From Methanothermobacter marburgensis str. Marburg (GTDB lineage Archaea; Methanobacteriota; Methanobacteria; Methanobacteriales; Methanothermobacteraceae), in NCBI RefSeq assembly GCF_000145295.1, contig NC_014408.1:240001-272000 (forward strand): DNA of 32,000 nucleotides, in the 5' to 3' direction. Within the stretch, counting starts at the first letter, position 1. Each line of letters starts with the position of its first letter. The position numbers were made by a program, and so were the translations under genes. The notes under the pieces are model-generated. The model was given only the letters and a program-made list of their open reading frames with translations. It searched no databases and was not told the origin of the DNA. Below are positions 1-9,825 of the stretch, one piece after another.

Positions 1-2
1 CT

Positions 3-416
3 GAATACATGACCATAAAGAGGTTCTCCCATGTGCAGCACATACTCTCCCATGTAACAGGTAAACTGAGGGATGGAATGGACGCAGTTGATGCACTGGG
101 AGCTGTTTTTCCTGCAGGCACAGTGAGCGGCGCACCAAAGATAAGGGCAATGGAGATAATAGAGTCCCTTGAAGGTGTTCCAAGAAATGCCTATGCAGGC
201 GCACTAGGCTACCTCTCACTCAATGGAAACGCGGACTTCGCAATAACCATAAGGTCAATGGTATGCCAGGGGAAAACAGGGAGAATCCAGGCGGGAGCAG
301 GAATAGTGCATGACTCCATCCCTGAGATGGAATATCTGGAGTGCCAGAATAAGGCGAGGGCCCTTCTAAAATCAATGGAGATGGCAGGTGAACAAGTTGA
401 TCCTGATAATCGATAA
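3..416 (+). CDS. trpE: anthranilate synthase component I, C-terminal part (5' end lies outside the window)
   Basis: The frame is open from the window edge. The translation carries chorismate-binding-enzyme C-terminal motifs ([24 protein letters not shown]...NKA). It is the first gene of a trpEGCFBAD run. Confidence 0.9.
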   Translation, partial: EYMTIKRFSHVQHILSHVTGKLRDGMDAVDALGAVFPAGTVSGAPKIRAMEIIESLEGVPRNAYAGALGYLSLNGNADFAITIRSMVCQGKTGRIQAGAGIVHDSIPEMEYLECQNKARALLKSMEMAGEQVDPDNR

Positions 417-978
417 CTATGACTCATTCACCCATAACCTCTACCAGATGGCAGGGGAGATCATGATGGAAATGGATTCTGCAGATATAATGGTTGTGAG
501 AAACGATGAGGTGGACATTGATTATGTTAGGGGCCTTGATCCTGAAAGGATAATAATCTCCCCGGGTCCAGGCAACCCCATTAAGAGGGAAGATTTCGGC
601 ATATGCAGTGAGGTGATAGGTGAATTCACTGATAGGCCCATACTGGGAGTCTGCCTCGGGCACCAGGGGATATTCCATTACTTTGGGGGGGTGGTTGGTT
701 ACGGTGAACCTGTTCATGGAAAGATCAGCGAGGTCTTCCACGACGGATCAGAACTCTTCAGGGGAGTTCCAAATCCCTTCAGGGCCACAAGGTACCATTC
801 ACTGAGATGTGAATGCAGTGGGGTGCCTGAGGACATCCTGGTATCTGCATCTGCACCTGACGGCACCATAATGGCCATAAGACACCGGCAGTATCCAGTC
901 TACGGGTTACAGTTTCACCCGGAGTCAGCGGGAACCCCCCATGGGAGGGACATACTTGAAAATTTCCTCAGGATGTGA
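388..978 (+). CDS. trpG: anthranilate synthase component II (glutamine amidotransferase)
   Basis: GTG start. N-terminus is [20 protein letters not shown], with the class I GATase catalytic motifs GVCLGHQ and LQFHPES. It overlaps the trpE 3' end by 29 nt. Confidence 0.92.
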   Translation: MNKLILIIDNYDSFTHNLYQMAGEIMMEMDSADIMVVRNDEVDIDYVRGLDPERIIISPGPGNPIKREDFGICSEVIGEFTDRPILGVCLGHQGIFHYFGGVVGYGEPVHGKISEVFHDGSELFRGVPNPFRATRYHSLRCECSGVPEDILVSASAPDGTIMAIRHRQYPVYGLQFHPESAGTPHGRDILENFLRM

Positions 979-982
979 TCAC

Positions 983-1807
983 ATGTCCATACTCCAGGAG
1001 ATAATAAGGTCAAGAAAACTTGAGATCAAAAATTTATCCAGAAAAAAGCCCCTTGAGGAGCTCAGGGATGAATTAACATCCCTGGACGAACCATTGAGTT
1101 TCACTGATGCCCTCACAGGAAACAGGGTATCACTCATATGCGAATATAAAAGGGCATCCCCCTCATCAGGAAGAACCTATGGGAGAGGCCTCCATGAGAT
1201 GATGGAGGTGTACAGGGAGGGAGCAGACGCTGTTTCTGTTATCACAGAGAACAGGTACTTCCATGGCTCCATCGAGTTCCTCAGGGAGGCTTCAGAATAT
1301 GGGATACCCCTCCTCATGAAGGACTTCGTGGTGGACGAGTACCAGATATACCAGGCAAGGGCATCAGGGGCATCATCGGTCCTCATCATAACAGGGGTTT
1401 TCCCTGACCTTGAATCAGGAATTGAAACCTGCAGGGAACTCTCAATGGAGCCCCTGGTGGAGTGTCACAGTGCAATCGACATATACAGGGCCATAGAGGC
1501 CGGGGCAGAGCTCATAGGAGTTAACAACAGAAACCTGGAAACACTTGAGGTTGACCTTGAGCGCACAAGGGCACTGGCCCCCCTGGTACCGGATGAGCTG
1601 CTTCTGGTATCCGAAAGCGGGGTCATGGGACCTGAGGATGCTGAGATCCTTGCAGGCTGCGGGGCAGACGCACTACTCATAGGAACCTCCCTCATGCTGG
1701 CCAGTGATCCACGGGAACTCCTTGATGAGATAATGGCAGCTGTTAAATCATGCAAACCTGGCAGAAAGAGGTATTCAGGGGATGAATTCTTTGAACAGTT
1801 CGCATGA
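983..1807 (+). CDS. trpC: indole-3-glycerol-phosphate synthase
   Basis: The ORF is open from 941, but the ATG at 983 (MSILQEII...) lies 5 nt after the trpG stop. TIM-barrel IGPS-like sequence ([30 protein letters not shown]). Confidence 0.88.
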   Translation: MSILQEIIRSRKLEIKNLSRKKPLEELRDELTSLDEPLSFTDALTGNRVSLICEYKRASPSSGRTYGRGLHEMMEVYREGADAVSVITENRYFHGSIEFLREASEYGIPLLMKDFVVDEYQIYQARASGASSVLIITGVFPDLESGIETCRELSMEPLVECHSAIDIYRAIEAGAELIGVNNRNLETLEVDLERTRALAPLVPDELLLVSESGVMGPEDAEILAGCGADALLIGTSLMLASDPRELLDEIMAAVKSCKPGRKRYSGDEFFEQFA

Positions 1808-1825
1808 GCAATCTCGGGGATAGGG

Positions 1826-2515
1826 ATGATTCAGATGAAGATCAAGATCTGTGGGCTCACAAGGGAGGAGGATGTGGTCCTTGCAGATTCACTTGGGGCA
1901 GATTTACTGGGATTCATACATGCACGCAGGTCACCAAGGCACCTTGAACTGGGGGATGTGGCGGAGCTCTCCTCCCTCATACCAGATGAAAAGGCGGTTC
2001 TTGTCACTGAGACATCAGAAACCAGCAGGATAATGGAGGCCATAGATAAAACAGGTATAGAAAGGATACAGCTTCACTCTGTAAGTCCTGAAACAGCGGG
2101 AAAAATCCATGAGTCCCTCCATGCGGAGGGATACAGTCTGGAGCTGACCCTCGCCGTCCCCCCTCTTTCTTCCCACATCTGCGGGCATGAATTTCAGGGA
2201 ATATCAGGTCTGATCCTTGACTCGGCTTCAGGCGGAAGAACAGGGGGCACAGGGAAGATAATACCCCCCTCAGATGCCCTTGAGTTACTGGCCCTTATAA
2301 GGGGAATGGATCCCTCCCTGAGGGTTACACTTGCAGGGGGCCTTACACTGGAATTTGTCAGGAAAAACAGGGAATATGTATCGAAATTCGACTGCCTGGA
2401 CTTCAACTCAGGGATTGAGACTGGGCCGGGTGTAAAGGACCATGAGATGATGGCTGAACTCATGAATTACATTGAGGGACTCCCCACCAGAAAAGGGGCA
2501 ATTGAAGAAATATAG
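1826..2515 (+). CDS. trpF: phosphoribosylanthranilate isomerase
   Basis: KIKICGLTREEDV N-terminus typical of PRAI, at the expected position between trpC and trpB. Alternative start at ATG 1835. Confidence 0.85.
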   Translation: MIQMKIKICGLTREEDVVLADSLGADLLGFIHARRSPRHLELGDVAELSSLIPDEKAVLVTETSETSRIMEAIDKTGIERIQLHSVSPETAGKIHESLHAEGYSLELTLAVPPLSSHICGHEFQGISGLILDSASGGRTGGTGKIIPPSDALELLALIRGMDPSLRVTLAGGLTLEFVRKNREYVSKFDCLDFNSGIETGPGVKDHEMMAELMNYIEGLPTRKGAIEEI

Positions 2516-3703
2516 GTGTTTATCATGATAATGGATGGTAAATTCGGTAAATATGGGGGAATATTCGTGCCAGAACTCCTCATACCTGCACTTGAGGAGC
2601 TTGAGGCGGCATTCCTCCACTACAGTAAGGATAGGAGGTTCAATGAGGACCTGGAACACTACCTGAGGGAATACGCAGGAAGACCAACAGGTTTGTACCA
2701 CGCCAGGAACCTCTCAGAGAAACTTGGATGCAGGGTCTACCTCAAGAGGGAGGATATGCTGCATACAGGGGCCCATAAAATAAACAATACAATAGGCCAG
2801 GCACTCCTTGCAGGGTATATGGGTAAGAGGAGGCTGATAGCAGAGACAGGGGCAGGGCAGCATGGAATAGCAACTGCAGCAGCAGGCGCCCTCTTTGGGA
2901 TGGATGTTGATGTCTACATGGGAACCGAGGATGTTGAGAGACAGAAACTAAACGTCTTCAGGATGGAAATTTCAGGTGCAAGGGTCATACCTGTTGATTC
3001 AGGTTCAAGGACACTTAAGGACGCCATAAACCAGGCCATGAGGGACTGGATAAGCAGCGTGGAGGACACCCACTATCTGATAGGATCCACCATGGGGCCC
3101 CACCCATACCCCACCATGGTGAAGCACTTCCAGAGCGTCATAGGAAGGGAGGCCAGAGAACAGATACTTGAAATTGAGGGTGAACTTCCTGACACCATAA
3201 TAGCCTGTGTTGGTGGCGGTAGCAACGCCATAGGTATATTCTCAGCCTTCCTGGACGATGATGTTGAACTGATAGGTGCAGAGGGAGGGGGTGAAGGTAT
3301 AGAGTCAGGAAACCATGGGGCAACCCTATCGGCTGGTTCAGAGGGTGTACTGCACGGTTCACTTTCATATGTACTCCAGGATGACGATGGACAGATAAAT
3401 GAGGCCCATTCGGTTTCGGCGGGCCTTGACTATCCCGGGGTTGGCCCGGAGCACGCATACCTCATGGAGACCGGAAGGGCAATGTATGAGCCCATAACCG
3501 ACGCCGAGGCCCTCAGGGGCTTCAAACTCCTCTCAAGATGTGAGGGTATAATGCCGGCGCTTGAAAGCGCCCATGCCATAGCATGCCTTGAAAAATACGC
3601 CTCAAAACCTGAAAACAGGGGAAAGACTGTCATAGTTAACCTTTCAGGAAGGGGAGACAAGGACATGTTCCTTGCAGCAGGCCTTCTGGGGGTGGATCTA
3701 TGA
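2516..3703 (+). CDS. trpB: tryptophan synthase beta chain
   Basis: [14 protein letters not shown]-terminus and the PLP-lysine region HTGAHKINN, with [11 protein letters not shown] 2516 abuts the trpF stop; alternative ATGs at 2525 and 2531. Confidence 0.95.
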
Positions 3704-3769
3704 ATTACGCCAGAGTAACTCAGAACGATGTATGCAGGGCTGGTCTGGAGGTGGATCTATGAATTACGC
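3685..3769 (+). repeat. direct repeat of the trpB-stop/trpA-start junction (two 26-nt copies, 1 mismatch, 59-nt period)
   Basis: 3685-3710 (tctgggggtggatctatgaattacgc) versus 3744-3769 (tctggaggtggatctatgaattacgc). Confidence 0.9.
3700..3762 (+). other. 20-codon bridging mini-ORF ([20 protein letters not shown]) between trpB and trpA
   Basis: Its ATG overlaps the trpB TGA (ATGA at 3700-3703) and its TGA overlaps the trpA ATG (ATGA at 3759-3762). Its first 4 residues match the TrpA N-terminus and its last residues match the TrpB C-terminus. Confidence 0.4.
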
Positions 3770-4556
3770 TGAAATGTTCAGCAGGGTTGAGGGATGCGCC
3801 TTTGTTCCATTTGTGGTTGCAGGGGATCCTGACATGGAGACCTCAGTTGAAATCATAAGAACACTTGTGGATGCCGGTGCAGATGCCCTTGAAATAGGTT
3901 TCCCATTCTCTGACCCCATAGCAGACGGCACAAGTGTACAGGAGGCTGATCTGAGGGCTTTAAATTCCGGGATGACCACCGATGACTGTTTCAGGTTGAT
4001 AGAGAGAATAAGGGAATTCACCTCAGTACCGGTGGGTCTTCTCGTATACTACAACCTGATATACCGCATGGGTGCTGATGAATTCTACAGGAGGGCCGCC
4101 GAGGCCGGTGTTACAGGTATCCTTGCCGCGGACCTTCCCCCGGAGGAGGCCGGCGATGCCCTCAGGGCGGCTGAAAGATATGGAATTGATCAGATATTCA
4201 TAGTTGCACCCACAACAGACAATCAGCGCCTCAAAATGATCTCAGAGGTTTCATCAGGGTTCCACTACCTTGTATCGGTTATGGGTGTCACCGGTGCAAG
4301 GTCCAGGGTTGAGGAGAGCACACTTGAACTCATAGAGAGGGTTAAGGGGGCAGGAAGCCTTCCTGTGATGGTCGGCTTTGGTGTTTCACAGCCAGAACAT
4401 GTGAGAATGCTTGCTGACGCAGGTGCCGATGGTGTTATAGTTGGAAGTGCAATCATAGACCTGATATCCAAAAATCTTGATGACAGGGAAAGGATGCTTC
4501 AGGAGATATACGAAATGGTCAGAAAAATGAAGACCGCTGCAGGGGGGTCCAGATGA
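3759..4556 (+). CDS. trpA: tryptophan synthase alpha chain
   Basis: The ORF is open from 3672, but homology starts at MNYAEMF...[10 protein letters not shown] (ATG 3759). Also [14 protein letters not shown] and GFGVS motifs. Confidence 0.92.
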
Positions 4557-5605
4557 GGTTTGAGGGGATAATGAATGATATAATGGACTTCAGGAACCTC
4601 AGTGAGGATGAGGCCCACGATTTAATGGAGATGATAATGGATGGTGAAATGGGGGATGTGCAGATCGCCGCATTACTCACAGCCCTTGCAATGAAGGGGG
4701 AGACCGTGGATGAGATCACAGGGTTTGCAAGGGCAATGAGGGAGAGGGCAGTGAAGGTTAAAATCCCTGAATCCATGAGGGTCGTTGATGCATGTGGAAC
4801 AGGGGGTGACAGGTTCAAATCATACAATGTGAGCACCGCAGCAGCAATAATAGCCGCCGCAGCCGGTGTTAAGGTTGCAAAACACGGCAACAGGGCGGTT
4901 ACAGGTTCATGCGGCGGTGCAGATATACTTGAGGCCGCGGGTGTCAACATAGAGCTGGGACCTGAAGCTGCATGCAGGTCTCTTGAAACTCTGGGAATAG
5001 CCTTCATGTTTGCACCACTCTTTCACAGGGCAACCGCCAGGGTGGCACCCGTAAGGAGGGAACTTGGCTTTAAGACGGTATTCAACATACTGGGGCCCCT
5101 AACATCCCCTGCATCAGCAGAGGTACAGCTCCTGGGGGTATTTGATCCCTACCTTGTTGGTCCAGTTGCAGAGGTCCTCAGAAACCTTGGTGTTAAAAGG
5201 GCTATGGTTGTCCATGGCTTTGATGGTAACATGAACCCTGCGATGGATGAGATATCCACGGTGGGCCCAACACTTGTGGGTTTCCTTGAGGATGATGAGA
5301 TAGGGATTAAGAGGCTCATGCCACCGGATTTCGGTGTTGATGTTGGGCAGCTACAGCACCTGAAGGCGGCATCAACTGTTGATGGAAACCTCAGAATGTT
5401 CATGGATGTCCTCGCTGGACTTGATGATACTCCTGGGAGGAAATCGCGCCTGGATATCGCCCTTGCAAATGCAGGTGCACTGATATACCTTGCTGAAATG
5501 GAGGATACACTTGAAGGTGGAACAGAAGCTGCAAGAGAAACAGTTGAATCTGGAGCTGCACTCCGTTTAATGGAAGATTTCGCATCCTTCACTCAGAACC
5601 TGTAA
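4553..5605 (+). CDS. trpD: anthranilate phosphoribosyltransferase
   Basis: ATGA overlap with the trpA stop. Motifs DACGTGGD and [19 protein letters not shown]. Confidence 0.93.
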
Positions 5606-5612
5606 AAGTGAA

Positions 5613-5686
5613 TGGGCCCGCTGGGATTCGAACCCAGGGCCTCACGGTTATCAGCCGTGCGCTCTAACCACCTGAGCCACGGGCCC
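5613..5686 (-). tRNA. tRNA-Ile (anticodon GAU), 74 nt, CCA not encoded
   Basis: Manual cloverleaf: acceptor GGGCCCG/CGGGCCC, D stem GCTC/GAGC, anticodon stem CACGG/CCGTG with loop CTGATAA, T stem CTGGG/CCCAG with loop TTCGAAT, discriminator A. Confidence 0.93.
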
Positions 5687-5779
5687 ATGAAGCATTTAAG
5701 AATCAGTGGGGTGATTCCAACTTTTGGAATTCATCATATATATGCTTTTCTGTCCGGGAATCCAGCAGTTTTTTCAGCA

Positions 5780-6352
5780 TCAACCCCGTAAAATCCCGAG
5801 GTCCTCTGCTGCTTTGATGATCTCAGTGATTTCAGATGCGGTCCTTTCAGGGGTCCTGTTTTCAACCACACTGACAATGGATCCCATGAGGGCTGCGCAT
5901 ACGAACATTGCTGTTCGTAGTAACTCCATGTGCTCCCTCAGGGTTGAGGGATTATCATGCATTCTCCTTTTGGAGTCAGCAATCCTCCTTTTAATTATAT
6001 CCTGGGGATCCGCTTCGAGGATTATGATGAGATCAGGGGTTATGAACTCCACCGGAAGTGAAACAAGGTAACCGATGGGTGACCTGTCAAGTCCGTGGAG
6101 ATCCAGGAGCACCCCCTTCATTTCAGATACTCTGTGGGCGGCTTCACGCCAGATGCTGTGCTGCTGATCCATCGGGAGGCTGAAAAGTTCCTCCAGTGTA
6201 CCTGCAAGGCCTCTCTCCTCTGCAACTTCAAGCATCAGTTCTCCATAATTGATGAAGGTATGATCCAGTTTTTCAGAGAGAATCCTGCATAGGGTGGTCT
6301 TTCCTACACCTGGCACGCCCACAATGGCAATGGTTTCAGGAAAACCCGGCAT
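5780..6352 (-). CDS. archaeal-type adenylate kinase family protein (AdkA-like paralog)
   Basis: P-loop IVGVPGVGKTT at the N-terminus. Overall collinear resemblance to archaeal AdkA (LDLHG..., PDLIIILEADP, RR..D..R.R). Confidence 0.7.
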   Translation of the reverse strand: MPGFPETIAIVGVPGVGKTTLCRILSEKLDHTFINYGELMLEVAEERGLAGTLEELFSLPMDQQHSIWREAAHRVSEMKGVLLDLHGLDRSPIGYLVSLPVEFITPDLIIILEADPQDIIKRRIADSKRRMHDNPSTLREHMELLRTAMFVCAALMGSIVSVVENRTPERTASEITEIIKAAEDLGILRG

Positions 6353-6362
6353 GAGACTGATA

Positions 6363-6656
6363 TCATTTATTTACCATTTCACTTATGGCATCTGCCATCA
6401 TATGGCCTTCCACTGTGATCTCGGCCCGGTCGATGCCCTCAACCTCTTCAGCAACAGTTCTTGCATCCATTGCCATCCTGGCGGCGCTCATGCATCCAGG
6501 GTTTGTGGGCCGGATCGTTATCTTTGCAATGGTTTCACCCTTCTCCTCGATTTCGATGTTTTCAACGAGACCCATCTCCACTATGCTTATACCCATGTGT
6601 GGGTCTGCAACCTTTTTGAGAGCTTCCTTAACCTTTTCCAAGAGTTCTTCTGACAT
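6363..6656 (-). CDS. DUF59/MIP18-family Fe-S cluster assembly-related protein (SufT/PaaD-like)
   Basis: VADPHMGISIVEMGLV and TNPGC motifs typical of DUF59. Start chosen at MSEELL because GAGGT lies upstream of it; the ORF is open to 6689. Confidence 0.7.
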   Translation of the reverse strand: MSEELLEKVKEALKKVADPHMGISIVEMGLVENIEIEEKGETIAKITIRPTNPGCMSAARMAMDARTVAEEVEGIDRAEITVEGHMMADAISEMVNK

Positions 6657-6787
6657 TATTATTACCTCAGCTGGTATTTTGATAATCACTGTTGTGATTC
6701 TCTATTTTTAAGTTAACCCTATTTAAAGATGTCCATTATCAGCCGCCCTGAAAAAGAATTTTAAGACATCAAATAATTAAATAAAGG

Positions 6788-7705
6788 CTATTTTAAACTT
6801 TTTCTGCGCCTTAACCTAACAGCAACACCACGTTCTGCCTTTACCATCTCCTCGCCACATAAAACAGCCCTTCCAACACCCACGACATCTCCCTCACGGA
6901 CTATTACAACCTCATCGCCGGGTATTATTCCTCTGTCGGCGTCCACTACACCCGGTGCAAATAGTGTGTTGCTCTCCAGCCTGAAATCTATCTCAACCCA
7001 TTTCACGCCGAGGCTGTAAATGGATGCCGCGCCCTCAAGGGATGGTGAGATGAGCCCACGGTCCATCATCAGGGTGCCTATCTCTGAACCATCCTGCGTG
7101 AGGATCTTCCTGTGGTATCTCCCCCTCACCCTGCAGTCATCGGGGATGATAACGTCTGCACCCTCCCCGAACTGGTATACTGCCACCGAGCGCAGCATAT
7201 GGAGCATCCTTTTCCGTGCCCCTATCTTTTCATAGCCTTCAAGTTCCCTTCCAAGCCTGTGAATGGCCTCTGGAGAGGCGGGCCTTGAGGTGGTGGCTGT
7301 GGGGGTGAAGGCGTCAAGGTACTCCTCGCAGACCTCAAGGTACCCCCCATCAACATGGGCTATAACATCAAGGTCACCCACGTAGTCTCTTAGGAGTTCT
7401 CCTGAAAGTTTTTTCTCCTCATGGGACCATTCCCCAGTGGTTGAAACATCATATGATGAGATGGGGTGGGTGTTCTCCATCTCCCGGGGGCATATGCCGA
7501 AGGGTGATGTGAGTATGAGTTCCTGGAACCCCCTGGTGACCCTCATGAATTTCCTGTGGGACCTTGAGGTCGAGTAGGGCTTCTTCATGCTGCATGGGAG
7601 CACCACCACAACCTCCCCGAGGGGCTTCATCAGTTTCATCCTATCCCGCCACCTCACAGCCTCCGGGCGGTGGAGTGATTCTTCAATTGAACATATAACC
7701 TTCAT
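6788..7705 (-). CDS. archaeosine-synthase (ArcS)-like protein: DUF5591-type domain plus C-terminal PUA domain
   Basis: Contains the ArcS signature PC-x3-KPY-x2-S-x2-H (LPCSMKKPYSTSRSH) and a PUA-like C-terminus (GVVDADRGIIPGDEVVIV...GVGRA). It is shorter (305 aa) than full-length ArcS. Confidence 0.6.
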   Translation of the reverse strand: MKVICSIEESLHRPEAVRWRDRMKLMKPLGEVVVVLPCSMKKPYSTSRSHRKFMRVTRGFQELILTSPFGICPREMENTHPISSYDVSTTGEWSHEEKKLSGELLRDYVGDLDVIAHVDGGYLEVCEEYLDAFTPTATTSRPASPEAIHRLGRELEGYEKIGARKRMLHMLRSVAVYQFGEGADVIIPDDCRVRGRYHRKILTQDGSEIGTLMMDRGLISPSLEGAASIYSLGVKWVEIDFRLESNTLFAPGVVDADRGIIPGDEVVIVREGDVVGVGRAVLCGEEMVKAERGVAVRLRRRKSLK

Positions 7706-7744
7706 CCTATCAGTTATGATTTTATCATGACTCCTTACTGTGGG

Positions 7745-9190
7745 TTAGAGACCATTCAACCATCTGAGACCTGTGAGTTCTGCCACATCCTTTTTAAGGG
7801 CTACAAGGTCCTCGTGATTCAGTTTTTTAATATCATTCTTTCCGGTTATCCTTGCAAAATCAGCGATTTCGGCTGTTGATACTCTTATATAGTTTTCAAG
7901 CCGTTCAGCAGCCTTCTTGGTGTCCAGGTGCTTCACAAGGGCAGGGTCATGGGTGGTTATACCCGTTGGACACATGCCTGTGTGGCATAGCCTGTGCTGC
8001 TGGCAGTTCATGGCAATAAGGGCCGCGGTACCTATGTAAACTGCATCTGCACCCAGGGCAAGGCATTTTGCCATATCAGCCCCTGTCCTGAGGCCTCCCC
8101 CTGCAATCAGGGATACTCTACCCTCAAGGCCCTCGTTGACAATAACCTTGGCGGCCCTGGGTATGGCTGCAATGAGTGGTATGCCTGTGCTGTCCCTTAT
8201 ATGCGGGTTAACAGCACCTGTACCCCCTCCAAATCCATCGAGAGCTATGAAGTCAACACCGGCATCAAGGAGGGCTTTCACATCGTCCTCAACGTTTCCA
8301 CATCCGATCTTGGCACCAACAGGAGAACCTCCAGAGAGTTCTCTTAGGTATGATACCTTCTCTCTGAGTTCCTCCTGGTTTCTGATGTCAGGGTGATGTG
8401 CGGGAGAATATGAGCCCTCACCTTCTTTAAGCCCACGAACCCTTGCCACGTCATCTGTGATTTTTTCAGGGGGCAGATAACTTCCTTTACCTGGGTATGC
8501 CCCCTGACCGAATCTTATTTCTATGGCGGCGGCCCTCTGAAGTATATCCTCTGTGACTCCGAATCTACCTGTTGAATACTGGACTATGAGGTAATCTCCA
8601 GCCTTCTCCATCTCATATTCAAGGACGCCCCCCTCACCTGAATTGAAACCTATCCCCAGTTTTGCTGCAGTGGATGCAATGGCCATCCTTGTGTTTTTTG
8701 AGACAGCACCATAGCTCATACCGCTTATCATTATGGGGGAGCTCAGTTTCAGGGGTTTGTCTGCCATCTCCCCTATGGTAACACCTGTTTCCACGGGTTC
8801 ATCTGCGTTTAGGGGTATGGAGGACACCTGTGCCGGTACAAAGTGTATGTCATCAAGTCCAAGCGGCAGCCTCTTTTGAGATCCCATTGACTCCAGGGGC
8901 GCTTCACCTGTTGCTGCAGCCTCCTTGATATGGATTATGTTCATGTGGTCACTGTGACTTTCGGAGGGACCTTCCCTCCTCATACGGATGCCATTCAGTG
9001 ATTCCGTGTTACAGAAATAGAGTTCCCTGAGGCCATATTTCTGATAAACAGGGCATGATGTGCAGAGACATCCCCTTTCATTAACCTCGTATCTGCTGCT
9101 CCCGGTGGCACAGAAGAGCATCTCATCGTCCCCGTGGCCGGGATAACTCGGGCAATCCGGGCATAAACATTCCCTGTCCTGTTCCTTCAT
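7745..9190 (-). CDS. glutamate-synthase large-subunit domain-2-like FMN/Fe-S protein with a duplicated N-terminal Cys-rich module
   Basis: The C-terminal ~400 aa matches the GltB FMN-binding domain (ISGMSYGAVS, DFIALDGFGGGTGA, GGGLRTG). The N-terminus has two C-x-C-x2-CP-x-Y...FC repeats. Confidence 0.75.
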   Translation of the reverse strand: MKEQDRECLCPDCPSYPGHGDDEMLFCATGSSRYEVNERGCLCTSCPVYQKYGLRELYFCNTESLNGIRMRREGPSESHSDHMNIIHIKEAAATGEAPLESMGSQKRLPLGLDDIHFVPAQVSSIPLNADEPVETGVTIGEMADKPLKLSSPIMISGMSYGAVSKNTRMAIASTAAKLGIGFNSGEGGVLEYEMEKAGDYLIVQYSTGRFGVTEDILQRAAAIEIRFGQGAYPGKGSYLPPEKITDDVARVRGLKEGEGSYSPAHHPDIRNQEELREKVSYLRELSGGSPVGAKIGCGNVEDDVKALLDAGVDFIALDGFGGGTGAVNPHIRDSTGIPLIAAIPRAAKVIVNEGLEGRVSLIAGGGLRTGADMAKCLALGADAVYIGTAALIAMNCQQHRLCHTGMCPTGITTHDPALVKHLDTKKAAERLENYIRVSTAEIADFARITGKNDIKKLNHEDLVALKKDVAELTGLRWLNGL

Positions 9191-9306
9191 AACAACCCCT
9201 GCTGCAGTTGGCTCTTAGTAAGTTATAACGTCTTTATGTAATTAATAGTGATGGTCTGGCAAACACGTGCGGAGGGGGATGTGTGGCCCGCTGCTCTAGG
9301 CCCCCA

Positions 9307-9792
9307 CTATCTTGACATCTCCATGAGTTCTTCATGAAGTTGCCTGAGGCGATCTATTGATGGATGATTCTTTCCAAGACGATCAGACCATTTTTTAATC
9401 ACAAAATCAATATCAACCTCGTCTGAGCCATTTATGAGGTTATCTGCGTGGGCCACAATCTTCTCTTCAAGGGTCTCTGGCATGTAGTTTCCAGGCGGAA
9501 GTCCCAGGGCATCAGCCTCGTCATCAGGTATCCCTGCACCCACATGCCTCTCAACTATCCTGATGACCTCCACAGGGTAACCGAGTTCCCTGAGGATACG
9601 GGCCCCCTCAACTGCATGCTCAACTCCACTGGTCCTGCAGCGGCCTATATCATGAAGCAGGGCACCCTCTTCAACAAGTTCTCTGTTAACAGGGAGGTTT
9701 TCTGCCAGTTCAAGGGCCTTTTTTCTGACGGCCAGTGAGTGGTCCACCACCCATTCAGGACATCCAGCACTTCGAAGTAGATGGATGCTCAA
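9307..9792 (-). CDS. HD-domain metal-dependent phosphohydrolase (TIGR00295-like)
   Basis: H...HD motif (ALLHDIGR) and the downstream HVGAG and HADN motifs. TTG start preceded by AGGGTG. Confidence 0.75.
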   Translation of the reverse strand: MSIHLLRSAGCPEWVVDHSLAVRKKALELAENLPVNRELVEEGALLHDIGRCRTSGVEHAVEGARILRELGYPVEVIRIVERHVGAGIPDDEADALGLPPGNYMPETLEEKIVAHADNLINGSDEVDIDFVIKKWSDRLGKNHPSIDRLRQLHEELMEMSR

Positions 9793-9825
9793 GAAAACAC
9801 CCTTTTAATCAAAAATTCGTGAGTT

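Noticed and set aside
941-982. N-terminal extension of trpC from ATG 941
   Set aside because: It lies inside the trpG coding region. IGPS-like sequence begins at MSILQEII (ATG 983), just after the trpG stop.
3672-3758. N-terminal extension of trpA from ATG 3672 ([14 protein letters not shown]...)
   Set aside because: The extension overlaps the trpB 3' end in another frame and has no TrpA homology. Homology and the duplicated ATGA junction point to ATG 3759.
4519-5007. 162-aa minus-strand ORF inside trpD
   Set aside because: It is an Ala/Ser-rich shadow of the Gly/Ala-rich trpD frame, and trpD homology is unambiguous on the + strand.
5700-5745. Possible C/D box sRNA upstream of tRNA-Ile (ATGATGA ... 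CTGA on the minus strand)
   Set aside because: The boxes are only 25 nt apart, with no C'/D' pair or terminal stem. That is too short for a canonical archaeal C/D sRNA, so it is kept only as a remark within a low-interest finding.
5724-6071. 115-aa plus-strand ORF opposite the adenylate-kinase-like gene
   Set aside because: It has no motifs and overlaps a P-loop kinase frame on the other strand. It would also begin inside the tRNA upstream region.
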